A stretch of 64,000 nucleotides of DNA from Bradymonadia bacterium (GTDB taxonomy: Bacteria; Myxococcota_A; Bradymonadia; UBA7976; UBA1532): assembly GCA_046290225.1 (NCBI GenBank), contig JBKAGE010000046.1, positions 28,505-92,504 on the forward strand, given 5' to 3'. The notes beneath the pieces are model-generated. The model was not told where the DNA came from. It was given only the letters and a program-made list of their open reading frames with translations, and searched no databases. A program made the translations under genes and the position numbers. Below, piece by piece: positions 1-9,641 of this stretch (position 1 is its first letter; every line of letters starts with the position of its first letter).

Positions 1-2370
1 AATCGTCGCCGCCTCGGGGATCTGATGGACGCCATCCCGAATCACCTGCACGACACCGGCGCCACCCGCGGCATAGACCTGCTCCCCATCGGGGGTCATC
101 GCCATGGCCCAGAGGGTGCCAGAAGCATCGGCGTATTCGGTGCTGGTGCCATCTGCGGCGAAGTGGATCAGGCCTGCCTTCTCAGTGGCTGCCCACAGGC
201 CCCCAGATGCATCGAACTGCAGTCGAGTCACGCCTGCGGCGGGCAGCAGGCTCTTCTTCTTGAGCGTGCCCGGCCGACACACGGTGATGTTGGCACCTTC
301 TCCTGCAAAGAGGGCTGCGCCGTCTGCCCTGACCGCCACGGCCCACACCCCATCGCGTTTGTTCACGCGCTCCGAGGTCTCGGTCTCGGGATCATAGATC
401 TCCACCCAGCTCTTCGAGCCTCGGCTCTTCTTCGCGTGGGCCAGCAACAGACGGCTGTCGGGCAGGAAGGCGATGTCCTGGTAGCTGCCTTCACCGGGGT
501 GATGTACCCACTGGGGCTTGCCCTTTTTCACATCCCAGCAGATGAGACGCCCGTCTTCTCCACCGGTGAACAGCCCGGCCTCACCCCACGCGATGGCCCG
601 CACGCCATTGGGTACGCCACTGTGCCCCTTGAGCGTCTTCACCTGCTTCTTCGAGGCCACATCCATGATCCAGACGTGACCTCCGTGGCAACAGATCGCC
701 AGCTGACGACCATCAGGGCTGAAAGCGCAGTCGTACACCCAGCCGTAGATCTCGAAGGGATCGATGGTCTCTCCATCGTTCACGTCTACGAGACAGAGCA
801 GACCCTCTCCGGCGAGGGCCAGCTTCTCGCCATTGGGGCTCAGCGCCATGCCGTTGATCTTGCGCCCGATGTGCCAGGGCGCGTTGTCGAGCTGACGCGC
901 CGGCCAGGGCTTCTCGGGCATCTCACTCCGTTCGGGCCTCGGCATCTCGCCGTCGCCGAGGATAAGATGCTGAATCCACGGGCTGGTGCTGCCCTCAAGC
1001 AGACGGGTCATCTCCCCCTTTGATTGCTGCGAGAGGTACTTCAGCGCGGTGTAAGCAGGCTCCGAGGCGCTGCCCACGCTGCTGATCCAGATGTTCTCGA
1101 TGCGCTCGAGCCAATGACGGCAACCCTTGATGAGTTCAATGCGCAGGGTGTCGGGGTAGTCACCCAGCGCCCCCTTGAGGGTGCTGATGATGCGAGCCTG
1201 GCCGAGGGTGGTGTCATCGAGCAGCGCCTCCGTGAGGGCTTCAGGGCCTTCGAGCTGCAGTGCCACCTGGCACCGAGCATCGTCCCACGGCTTCAATTTC
1301 AGAGCTGGCAAAGCGAGCTTCGCCCGGGCCCGGGCGCCCAATGGCTGTAGCTCCGGCTCATATGCATTCGCCCACCGCGCGACATGGCGCAGCTCGTCTT
1401 CGTCACCACCGAGCAGGAAGGCTTCGCCCACAAGTCGCTGAATCAGAGGCCAGTGCTTGTCCTTGGGCCAACCATAGCGGACCAGCTGGAGCCCCTCTCG
1501 CAGGTGGCGAGCGCTCTCGACCGCCTTTTGACGCCACGTGGCGTCGTGTACCGCGAGGGGCAACGTCGCCGCGAGACGGGCCACGAGATCAGTGGGATCA
1601 TGGCCGAGACGTGAGTCGTACACCTGCTCGAAATGCGCGTTCCCCTCTTCACCGGCCATGTGCATGACCGTCAGCGCAACCAGAGGGCCGAGGCTGTCGA
1701 AGGCAAAGGCCGCGAGCAGCCCGCGCGCTTCGGGCACGCACCCTGCCGCGCGCACGAGGGCACCACCGACATCCTCTGGCCAGTAGGCCTCCTCCCTGAG
1801 CGGGCCTCTGGGCAGCTCTCCAGGCGTCAGCGACCGCAAGCCCTCGCTTCTGTAGCCTCGATCGAGACCATAGCGCTCCAGCGACCACGACGAGAGATCT
1901 CGCAGGACCGCGACGAGGTGCTCGTGGGCCTGCGCGTCACCGTGCCGTGCAGCGAGGACCGACTGAGCCAGGCGCTCAGCGCCCGTGCCTGGTGTATCCC
2001 AGGCGAGCGCTCGATCTTTCGCGTGAGAGGAAGCTGCGAGGCACAGCAGCGTGTGCTCTTCGACCCCCTTAGGCAACACGTCCCGGACTGGCCGCCCGAG
2101 TTCTACCCCCATGGCCAGAGCGCCCCAGAGTGCATTGGGTGTGTCGGTGTAAAGCCGGCTGGCAAGCCAGGGGGCAGCGATGCCAGGCCCTTCCAGCCTC
2201 ATGGCGCTCAACGCCCCCGAGCTGTTGCTCGACGTCTTCTGTGCTCGCAGCGCCTGAAGTGCCAGATCGGGGCTCTGAGGGATCAGCTCAGCAATGCGCT
2301 CTTCCAGGGCGTTCGGCTCGGTGGCCAGCGACCACAAGGCGTCAAGGTCGGCCTTCGACGGCTCACTCAC
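1..2370 (-). CDS. Large protein with a helical N-terminal region and C-terminal WD40 beta-propeller repeats (3' end runs off the window)
   Basis: Absent from the ORF track because it has no stop inside the window. Manual translation from GTG at 2370 (GGAG upstream) gives INGMALSPNGEKLALAG, VYDCAFSPDGRQLAIC, VKTLKGHSG..VRAIAW..LFTGGEDGRLICWDV. The long + strand ORFs here are its antisense shadow. Confidence 0.8.
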   Translation of the reverse strand, partial: MSEPSKADLDALWSLATEPNALEERIAELIPQSPDLALQALRAQKTSSNSSGALSAMRLEGPGIAAPWLASRLYTDTPNALWGALAMGVELGRPVRDVLPKGVEEHTLLCLAASSHAKDRALAWDTPGTGAERLAQSVLAARHGDAQAHEHLVAVLRDLSSWSLERYGLDRGYRSEGLRSLTPGELPRGPLREEAYWPEDVGGALVRAAGCVPEARGLLAAFAFDSLGPLVALTVMHMAGEEGNAHFEQVYDSRLGHDPTDLVARLAATLPLAVHDATWRQKAVESARHLREGLQLVRYGWPKDKHWPLIQRLVGEAFLLGGDEDELRHVARWANAYEPELQPLGARARAKLALPALKLKPWDDARCQVALQLEGPEALTEALLDDTTLGQARIISTLKGALGDYPDTLRIELIKGCRHWLERIENIWISSVGSASEPAYTALKYLSQQSKGEMTRLLEGSTSPWIQHLILGDGEMPRPERSEMPEKPWPARQLDNAPWHIGRKINGMALSPNGEKLALAGEGLLCLVDVNDGETIDPFEIYGWVYDCAFSPDGRQLAICCHGGHVWIMDVASKKQVKTLKGHSGVPNGVRAIAWGEAGLFTGGEDGRLICWDVKKGKPQWVHHPGEGSYQDIAFLPDSRLLLAHAKKSRGSKSWVEIYDPETETSERVNKRDGVWAVAVRADGAALFAGEGANITVCRPGTLKKKSLLPAAGVTRLQFDASGGLWAATEKAGLIHFAADGTSTEYADASGTLWAMAMTPDGEQVYAAGGAGVVQVIRDGVHQIPEAATI

Positions 2371-2421
2371 AGGGCATCTCCAGATGGGTCTTCGGGGCGC
2401 CACCTGAGCCTGAGAGCACCC

Positions 2422-3684
2422 TCAGCGCCCGCTCACCGGTGGCCTCTGCAAGACTTCGGCATACAGGTTCGCAACCACTTTGGCCACAGCTTCGGGGCTG
2501 TGATGATCGTGCAGCCATCTGGCGCCTACCTGCGACCTCTCACGTGCCGCCTCAGGGCGCTCTGAGAGCAGCTCGCCGATGGCCTCGGTCCACGCATCTG
2601 CATCCTTCACGGGGGCGAATCGGATGAAGCGCTCTTCAGGGTCGATCCCCCGGTGCCCGGGAATGTCCGAAGCCACCGCCCTGCAACCGCACGCCAGAGC
2701 CTCCCTCAGGCTGCGGGGTGATCCCTCGAAGAGTGAGGGGAACACGAACAGATCGGCCCGGCGATACCATCGAAGCAGATCCTGACGGGGCACCTTGCCG
2801 GGCATCTCGAGGTGAGGTGCCACCCCCGTCTCGTCGATGACCCGCTGTACCCAGGCCTTCTCCCAGGGGGCCACCTGACCGAGCATGACCAGCTTCAGGG
2901 TGGGCCAGCGCTTCGCCAGACGGGCCACGGCCTCAAAGAGGAAGTCCACCCCCTTGTTGCGGAAGATGATGCCCGTATACAGCAGCGTGGGCCCCTCATC
3001 TCGGGGCTGCGCGGCATCGACGGTGAAGGTCTCGGTGTCGATCTCCGAGGGCAGCCAGCTCACACGCTCCGGGGCCACCCCATGGCCTTCGATGAGATCG
3101 TTTTCATGGCCGGGACCCAGCACCACCACCCGATCGGCGAGGGGGCACAGCCGCCGGTCACGCCAGAGGCCAATGGTGCGGATGATGCCATAGCGCCAGG
3201 AGTCCATCAGCTCTGTGGGGCGTACCCGGGTGTACCAGCCCCAGACCGTGGAGTACTGGGTGGTCACCAGTCGCAGCTTTCGCCCTTCAATCGGCGCCAC
3301 CCGCTGAAAGAACGCCGACAGGTGCCCGAAGGTGTCGTGAACCACGTCCACAGCTCCAGCGCGGTGCAAGCGCTCGAGCAACGCCACCGCACGCTGGTGA
3401 AAACGGGGCTTGCCCAGCGCGTGTACCCGCAAGTTCGGGTAACGCGTCGGATCAGGCAGCATCTCTTCAGGCAGACGATCAGTGAGCAGATGCAGTCGCC
3501 CCACACAGCGGGACAACTCGGTGATCATGTGGAAGCGATCGCGGTAGGCAGGCAGGTCGATCAGGTTGATGGCCACCCGCAGGTGAGCGGCCTCAGGCGC
3601 CAGCTTGGGTGCCCTCTTCGGTGCCGGGCTCGTCGCTGACGTAGGTGCCGTAGTAGCGGTAGTACCCATAGCGCTTCTGACCAT
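2422..3684 (-). CDS. Glycosyltransferase family 4 (GT-B fold); true start uncertain, possibly near 3577-3669
   Basis: Motifs LLYTGIIFRNKGVDFL and ADLFVFPSLFEGSPRSLREALACG..VASDIPG. Confidence 0.9.
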   Translation of the reverse strand: MVRSAMGTTATTAPTSATSPAPKRAPKLAPEAAHLRVAINLIDLPAYRDRFHMITELSRCVGRLHLLTDRLPEEMLPDPTRYPNLRVHALGKPRFHQRAVALLERLHRAGAVDVVHDTFGHLSAFFQRVAPIEGRKLRLVTTQYSTVWGWYTRVRPTELMDSWRYGIIRTIGLWRDRRLCPLADRVVVLGPGHENDLIEGHGVAPERVSWLPSEIDTETFTVDAAQPRDEGPTLLYTGIIFRNKGVDFLFEAVARLAKRWPTLKLVMLGQVAPWEKAWVQRVIDETGVAPHLEMPGKVPRQDLLRWYRRADLFVFPSLFEGSPRSLREALACGCRAVASDIPGHRGIDPEERFIRFAPVKDADAWTEAIGELLSERPEAARERSQVGARWLHDHHSPEAVAKVVANLYAEVLQRPPVSGR

Positions 3685-5785
3685 ACCCTCGGCGGTTCAC
3701 GTCGAGGCCGTTGAGCAGCGCCCCGAGCACATTGGCGCCCACGTCCTTGAGCAGGCGGTGGGCCTTCTTCACCATCTCGCGGCTCGTCTCGCCGGCGCGG
3801 ACCACCAGGATCGCCCCGTCGCACTGGTTCGCCAGAATCTGGGCATCGGTCACAGCGGCCACAGGGGGCGAATCGAAGATGACCCGGTCGTACTTCTCGA
3901 GCAGCCGGTCGAGGGTGCGACGGAAGGCCTGCGTGTGCAACAACTCCGCCGGGTTCGGCGGGATCGTGCCCGAGGTCAGCACGTGGAAGTTCTCCACCCC
4001 GGTCTCTTCGGCCACGTCTTCCACCGGCAGCGTCGGATCCATCACCAGGTTGGTGAGGCCGTTCTCGTGGCTCATGTCGAAGATCTTGTGCACGCGGGGG
4101 CGACGCAGGTCCGAGTCGACCAACAGAATCTTAGAGCCCGAGAGGGCCATGGTGGCGGCGAGGTTCACGCTGCTGCTGGTCTTGCCTTCCCGTGGGCCGG
4201 CGCTGGTGATGAGCAGCGTGCGCATCTCGTTCTCGGGGGCCATGAACATGATGTTGGTCCGCACCGCCCTCGCGCACTCCGCCGCTGTCGATCTCGGATG
4301 ATCGAGCACATAGCGATCCGGATTGAGTGGGGCGTCGCTTCGGCCCTTGAGCTTCTTCAGGTTGGCGAGGCTCGGGATCATGCCCAGAGCGGTGATGCCC
4401 ATCTCCTGCTCGAGCTGCTCCTGGCTCTTCACCGAGGCGTCGAGTCGATCGACGAGGAAGGCGAGACCCACCCCACCGAACAGGCTCAACATGAGGGCCA
4501 CAGCCATGTTCAACACCAGCCGGGGGGCCACGGGGATCGTGGGCACCACAGCAGGGTCGAGCATACGCACGTTGTTGGCCTTGGCCTCTGCCTGCAGCTC
4601 CGCCTCTTTCAGGCGGGCGAGCATCTGGGCGTGCAGCTCCTTCTTGGTGGCCACTCGGGCCTCAAGCTGGCGGTAGGCGCGCTCGTACTCTGCGAGCTGC
4701 TGAGCCTCCCCCTTGATGCCGTCGAGCTGACGTTGGAGCGAGCGCTCGGTCTGCTGGGCCGCAGCGAGGTTCTTCTCCAAGAGGGCTCGGACCCCCTTCA
4801 CCTCTCGACGCAGGGTCTTCTTCACCCGCTTGATCTTGCGATCGACGGCCTTCACGTCGGGGTGACCTTCGAGATAACGCTTGAGCAGCTCGGTGCGCTC
4901 GTTCTCAAGCCCCACCATCTGTTCTTTGAGGCGCTGGATCAGGCCATTGTCGAGGGCGCCGGCCATGATACTCTGGGCCTCATCGAGGCTCAGGGACTTG
5001 ACCTGATTGAGCACCGAGCCCACCCGCACGGTCTCCCCGTGGGCTTCACGCAGCTCGCGGCTGGCCTCCTGCAGGTTCTGGCCCACGAGATTCTGCTTGT
5101 CGGCCAGAGAGGCGGTGATGATGCCCCGAGACTTCTTGAACTCGAGGATCTCCTGCTCAGATGACGCCACCTCGTCTTCGAGGAGCTTCGCCTGCCGGGT
5201 CAGCCAGATGACCGCGTCCCGGGCCCCGGAGATTTTGCGATCGAGGTTGGCCTCGGCATAGGCCTCCACCAGTGTGTCGGCGATCTTCGCCGCTCGGGCA
5301 GGATCGTGATCCTTCACCCGAATCAGCACGATGTGGCTGCTGTCCACGGGCTCGATCTTCACCTTGCCCTGCAGCACGATGGCAGGGTCGATGCGCTCGA
5401 GCACTCGAGCCCTGCGCTCGGGCTCATCGATCTTGTTGATGCCCAGGAAGTCGAGATCGCGATCCAGGCCCATGCGCTCCACCACCATGGCGGCCACCAT
5501 GCGGCTGCGCAGGATCCGGTACTGCGTCTCGAAGTACTCCCGGGTGTTCCAGTAGTTCCCGGTGCCCAGGGAGATGACCTCCGATCCGGGGCGCCCAGGC
5601 AGATATTGCGGCGCGTGGGGGTCGATGACCATATGCGCCACCGCCTCGTAGATCTTCTGCTGCCGTTTGGTGATCACCATCGTGCAGGCGAGCACCAGGC
5701 CACAGAAGATGGCCACCAGCCATTTGTGCTTCCAGACGACGTGGAAATAGCTGAGCAATCCTTCGTCGCGATCCCCGTTCTCCAT
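3593..5785 (-). CDS. wzc: Wzc/GumC polysaccharide co-polymerase with fused BY-kinase domain
   Basis: Two TM segments flank a coiled-coil region. Walker A SAGPREGKTS, A' LVDSDLRRP, Walker B IFDSPP, C-terminal Tyr cluster GYGQKRYGYYRYYGTY. ATG overlaps the upstream TGA (TGATG). Confidence 0.93.
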   Translation of the reverse strand: MENGDRDEGLLSYFHVVWKHKWLVAIFCGLVLACTMVITKRQQKIYEAVAHMVIDPHAPQYLPGRPGSEVISLGTGNYWNTREYFETQYRILRSRMVAAMVVERMGLDRDLDFLGINKIDEPERRARVLERIDPAIVLQGKVKIEPVDSSHIVLIRVKDHDPARAAKIADTLVEAYAEANLDRKISGARDAVIWLTRQAKLLEDEVASSEQEILEFKKSRGIITASLADKQNLVGQNLQEASRELREAHGETVRVGSVLNQVKSLSLDEAQSIMAGALDNGLIQRLKEQMVGLENERTELLKRYLEGHPDVKAVDRKIKRVKKTLRREVKGVRALLEKNLAAAQQTERSLQRQLDGIKGEAQQLAEYERAYRQLEARVATKKELHAQMLARLKEAELQAEAKANNVRMLDPAVVPTIPVAPRLVLNMAVALMLSLFGGVGLAFLVDRLDASVKSQEQLEQEMGITALGMIPSLANLKKLKGRSDAPLNPDRYVLDHPRSTAAECARAVRTNIMFMAPENEMRTLLITSAGPREGKTSSSVNLAATMALSGSKILLVDSDLRRPRVHKIFDMSHENGLTNLVMDPTLPVEDVAEETGVENFHVLTSGTIPPNPAELLHTQAFRRTLDRLLEKYDRVIFDSPPVAAVTDAQILANQCDGAILVVRAGETSREMVKKAHRLLKDVGANVLGALLNGLDVNRRGYGQKRYGYYRYYGTYVSDEPGTEEGTQAGA

Positions 5786-7125
5786 CAGAGCTTGACCACC
5801 TTCTCCATCACCGCCGCCGCAGCGTCGCTGCGGCCGGTGAGGTTGCGGGTGTCGACGATGCGCTGACACCGGGTGAGGATCTGATCGGCGTCGAAGTACC
5901 GATGATCGGTGACGATGACGGCGCAGTCGTAGTCGGCCATGGCCTCATAATCGAGGGGAACCGACTCAAGGGTCATCTGCCCGCCGTGGCCACCGAGGCC
6001 GATGCGGGGCACGAAGTCGTCCTGGTAGTCCACCTCAGCCCCACGCTTGAGCAGACCCTCGATGACCGGGATCGCCGGGGACTCGCGCCAGTCGGTGATG
6101 TCGCGCTTGTAGGCAGCACCGAGCACCAGCACCCTGCTGCCCCGCAGAGGTTTGGCGTCGAGGTTCAGGGCCATGCCCACCTTGTCGACGACGTACTCGG
6201 GCATGGCGGAGTTGATGTCGTCGGCGAGCTCGATGAACCGGGTGCGGTAGTTCAGCGTCTTGAGCTTCCAGCTCAGGTAGTGCGGATCGATGGGGATGCA
6301 GTGACCGCCGAGACCGGGGCCCGGGTAGAAGGGCATGAAGCCAAAGGGCTTCGAAGCGGCGGCGTTGATGATCTCCCACACGTCGAGGTCGAGCTTGTCG
6401 GCGATGATGGCGATCTCGTTCACCAACCCGATGTTCACTGCCCGGAAGGTGTTCTCCAGCAGCTTCACCATCTCCGCAGCGGTGGGGCTGCTCACGGTGA
6501 TCACCTTGTCGACGATGGCCCCATAGAGCACCTGAGCGGCCTCGGAGCACTCCGGGCTCACGCCGCCGATGATCTTGGGGGTGTTCTTGACGTTGTAGAT
6601 GGGGTTGCCCGGATCGATGCGCTCGGGGCTGAAGGCGAGGTGTACCTCTCGGCCCACCTTCCAGCCCTTGGGCGTCAGCGCCTCTTCGAGGGCCGGGGCC
6701 ACCACCTCGATGGTGGTGCCGGGGTAGGTGGTGCTCTCGAGCACGATGACCTGGCCGGGGCGCAGGTGCTCCCTGATCTGCCGCGTGGCCTCGACGATGT
6801 AGCTGATGTCGGGGTCCCGGGTTTTTCTCAGGGGCGTGGGTACGCAGACGCTGATGGCGTCGCATTCCTCGAGGCGGCTGAAGTCGAGGGTGGCCTCGAA
6901 CTTCTTGGCGAGCACGAGCTGCGCCACGTCGGCGGCGGGCACGTCGGAGATGTACGACTCTCCCGCCATGAGAGCGTCGACCTTCTTGGAATCGACCTCG
7001 AAGCCGATGACGTGGTACCCGGCGTCGCCGAAGGCCGTGGCCAGGGGCAAGCCCACATAGCCGAGGCCGATGACCCCCACCTTGGCCTCACGGCTGCTCA
7101 GACGCTCGATCAGTGCATTGCTCAT
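5785..7125 (-). CDS. Nucleotide-sugar dehydrogenase (UDP-GlcNAc/UDP-ManNAc 6-dehydrogenase, WbpA/WecC type)
   Basis: GLGYVGLP Rossmann motif, CVPTP, LESTTYPGTT, FSPERIDPGN, KLLENTFRAVNI, PGPGLGGHCIPIDP. Confidence 0.93.
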   Translation of the reverse strand: MSNALIERLSSREAKVGVIGLGYVGLPLATAFGDAGYHVIGFEVDSKKVDALMAGESYISDVPAADVAQLVLAKKFEATLDFSRLEECDAISVCVPTPLRKTRDPDISYIVEATRQIREHLRPGQVIVLESTTYPGTTIEVVAPALEEALTPKGWKVGREVHLAFSPERIDPGNPIYNVKNTPKIIGGVSPECSEAAQVLYGAIVDKVITVSSPTAAEMVKLLENTFRAVNIGLVNEIAIIADKLDLDVWEIINAAASKPFGFMPFYPGPGLGGHCIPIDPHYLSWKLKTLNYRTRFIELADDINSAMPEYVVDKVGMALNLDAKPLRGSRVLVLGAAYKRDITDWRESPAIPVIEGLLKRGAEVDYQDDFVPRIGLGGHGGQMTLESVPLDYEAMADYDCAVIVTDHRYFDADQILTRCQRIVDTRNLTGRSDAAAAVMEKVVKL

Positions 7126-7132
7126 ACTCACC

Positions 7133-8074
7133 TCAGGCTTGGAGTCCGCGGTGCCACTCCACCGTACGGGCCAGCCCCTCTTTGAGGCTGATCTGGGCGG
7201 TGTAGCCCAGAGCCTCGGCGGCGGCAACCGTATCGGCACAGGAGTCCCGGACATCACCGGGGCGGGGTTCGATGTGTGTAGGTTCGATGGTGGTCCCCAG
7301 GATCTCGTTGAGCAGGGTGACCAGATCTTGAACTGAGGCCCGCTGACCACAGGCGGCGTTGTAGATGCGCCCACAGGCAGAGGCCGGCGCCGACAACGCA
7401 GCGAGGTTGGCCTGGACCACGTTGTCGATGAACGTAAAGTCTCGAGATTGCAGGCCGTCACCGTGGATCACTGGCGCGTCGCCTCCAAGCATGCGGGAGA
7501 CGAAGGCGGCGATGACGGCGGCGTAGGCGCTCTTGGGATCCTGGCGGGGACCAAAGACGTTGAAGTAGCGCAGGCCGATGGTCTCGAGACCATAGAGGTG
7601 GTTGTAGACCTGGCAGTAGTACTCACCGGTGAGCTTTTGTACGGCGTACGGGCTCAACGGGTTGGGCACCATGTCTTCACGCTTCTGATCGGCCTCTTGA
7701 TCACCGTAGGCGCTCGACGAAGCAGCGTAGACCACCCGCTTGACCGCGTGGCGTCGGGCCCCTTCGAGCAGGCTGAGGGTGCCCACGATGTTGTTGAGAT
7801 GAGACTTGTCGGGCCACCGGATCGACTTGGGCACCGAGGGCATGGCTGCCTGGTGCAACACTGCCGTAGCCCCCTCAAGGGCGCGATCCACAGCGGTCGT
7901 GTCGGTGAGGCAGCCTTCGACCACCTGCACCCGATCACCAAGGTGGCCCAGGTTGGCCCGATGCCCAGTGGAGAAGTTGTCGAGGATCACCACCTGATCA
8001 CCCCGCTCGACCAGCGCGGTCGCCAAGTGTGATCCGATGAAGCCTGCACCTCCGGTGACCGCGATCCGGGCCAT
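7133..8074 (-). CDS. NAD-dependent epimerase (UDP-GlcNAc/GlcNAcA 4-epimerase, WbpP type)
   Basis: TGGAGFIGSH, AASSSAYG, YAVQK (YxxxK), LRYFNVFGPRQDP..YAAVI. RBS GAGGGGAG upstream. Confidence 0.92.
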   Translation of the reverse strand: MARIAVTGGAGFIGSHLATALVERGDQVVILDNFSTGHRANLGHLGDRVQVVEGCLTDTTAVDRALEGATAVLHQAAMPSVPKSIRWPDKSHLNNIVGTLSLLEGARRHAVKRVVYAASSSAYGDQEADQKREDMVPNPLSPYAVQKLTGEYYCQVYNHLYGLETIGLRYFNVFGPRQDPKSAYAAVIAAFVSRMLGGDAPVIHGDGLQSRDFTFIDNVVQANLAALSAPASACGRIYNAACGQRASVQDLVTLLNEILGTTIEPTHIEPRPGDVRDSCADTVAAAEALGYTAQISLKEGLARTVEWHRGLQA

Positions 8075-8287
8075 TGAGCACTCCCCTCGTTGAGCTTGTC
8101 GTCGCCGCTGAGCCAAAGCTCTCGTCGGCGTCACCCTTCTTTGACCCTGAGGCCTCTACAGGTGTCCCACGGAAAACACCAGAGGGTGGTTGTCACCATA
8201 AGTCGGCCTTGCGCATGGTCGACTGAAGCAGAATCATCCGCGGTTCGAGCCTCGTCGAGACCTCTGTGTTGTATCAGGGAGAGCCCC

Positions 8288-9211
8288 ATGGCACGAAATT
8301 GTGTGAGCGCCGCCATGGAAGCCGTCCTCACGGCCCTGCGACGCTGGCGCCGAGGCGAGCCGCCTGGCCCGGTCTCCGATGCGTCGCTCGTCCTCGCCGA
8401 GGCCCACGGTCTGCTGGCGTGTCTGCATCACATCGGCGCGGATTTAAGCCCCACGGGGGCCCAGCGGGCAGAGCACGCCTGGTTCCAGAACACGGCCGCC
8501 CACATGCTGCGTATGCGCACGCTGGGCGATGTCTGGCCAGACTGGGCCCCACCCCCGATGATCATCAAGGGCGCTGACCTGTCAGAGATGCTCTACGGTG
8601 ATCCCGGGGTGCGTCGCAGCGCAGATCTCGACTTGTTGTTGCCTGATCCGATGTTCGAGCCTGTGTGCGCTCACCTCACCTCTTGTGCAGAAGAAGTCCG
8701 TACCCCCACGACCCGTGTGGCCACGTCACGTATCCACGAGAAGGGTTTTGTCTTCACCACCGGGCGGCATCGGGTGGTGCTCGAGCTGCACCGTGATGCC
8801 CAACCGCGCTGGCGAGGGCCTCTTCGCGGCACCGAGCTGTGGTTGAGGTCGAGCGTTCGAGGTCCCTATCGCGCACCGAGCCCGTCGGATCGGCTGCTCC
8901 TCTGGCTTACGAACCTCGCCAACGATGGCTGCCTCGATCGCCTGCGGGACTGGCTCGATCTCGCGGTGCTCCTGGATACGCTCCCTATGTCTCCGTCTCT
9001 GGACAATCACATCGCCGAGGCTGGCCTGAGGCACCCCTGGCACCTGGCTCAGATCCGCCTGGCACAAACCGGGTTGGGCGTTGTTGGGCATGGCTCGGGA
9101 TCTGCCCGAGCAATCAACCGGACCTTGCCCCACCCCTGCAGGGACGATCCCTACGCGGGTGAGCCTCGCCGTGCACGACAGGGGGTCAAGGTGTGGATGA
9201 TGGGATGGTGA
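8288..9211 (+). CDS. Uncharacterised nucleotidyltransferase family protein (NTP_transf_5-like)
   Basis: IIKGADLSEMLYGDPGVRRSADLDLLL (KG..Y..R..DxD) and VLELH motifs. RBS AGGGAG upstream of ATG 8288. Confidence 0.75.
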   Translation: MARNCVSAAMEAVLTALRRWRRGEPPGPVSDASLVLAEAHGLLACLHHIGADLSPTGAQRAEHAWFQNTAAHMLRMRTLGDVWPDWAPPPMIIKGADLSEMLYGDPGVRRSADLDLLLPDPMFEPVCAHLTSCAEEVRTPTTRVATSRIHEKGFVFTTGRHRVVLELHRDAQPRWRGPLRGTELWLRSSVRGPYRAPSPSDRLLLWLTNLANDGCLDRLRDWLDLAVLLDTLPMSPSLDNHIAEAGLRHPWHLAQIRLAQTGLGVVGHGSGSARAINRTLPHPCRDDPYAGEPRRARQGVKVWMMGW

Positions 9212-9255
9212 GTTGTCGAATTGGGCAGTGACGAAGGTTGGGCTGGGGCTTTGTA

Positions 9256-9420
9256 GGCAGTCGTCGCTTCGCTCCGCCTGCGTAGGCGCCCGGCCTTCGG
9301 CACATCTTCGATGCGCCTCGTCTGGCGCGTACACGTCGGCGGCCTCGCTGGCGCGAGCAGGCCTCCGGGTAGGCAGGGTCGCTCAGGGCTGTCGCCCTTC
9401 TCGCTCGCTCCCCTGCGTAA
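9256..9420. repeat. REP-like GC-rich palindromic intergenic element between convergent genes
   Basis: Short stem-loop motifs (cgcttcgctccg, ggccttcggc, cctcgctggcgcgag, gctcgctcccctgcg) in a non-coding spacer. A single copy is visible here. Confidence 0.35.
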
Positions 9421-9591
9421 AGAGCTTCTTCTGTATCTCGTCACTGAACTCCGCGGGGATTCGATCTACCGCGAACCTGCAAGTGCTCAGCATCAACGCT
9501 GGGCATAAGCCTCAATGACATTGGCCTGCTACCAACGACTCAACACAGCCACCATCCAAGTCAGAGAAGTGTAGTGCACGTGCAGTGCGGA

Positions 9592-9641
9592 GCCGTAGCG
9601 GCGGAGCAAAAGGGCGACTGACGCCGCCGTAGCGGCGGAGC
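9592..9641. repeat. 16-bp direct repeat GCCGTAGCGGCGGAGC x2 at the wza stop
   Basis: Identical copies at 9592-9607 and 9626-9641. Confidence 0.7.

Noticed and set aside
25..2565. Long plus-strand ORFs (332, 108, 76 and 310 aa)
   Set aside because: Codon-aligned antisense shadows of the minus-strand WD40 gene, with no motifs of their own.
3605..7185. 519-aa and 427-aa plus-strand ORFs, and similar long antisense ORFs elsewhere (e.g. 38241-41126, 45608-47269, 54503-55972, 60425-61723)
   Set aside because: Typical high-GC antisense frames opposite well-supported genes.
8289..8303. Sigma54 promoter TGGCACG...TTG
   Set aside because: The -24/-12 spacing is off by one, there is no GC at -12, and it overlaps the probable start codon.
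8090..9211. Lasso peptide cluster suggested by the nucleotidyltransferase
   Set aside because: No precursor, B protein or asparagine-synthase-like cyclase nearby.
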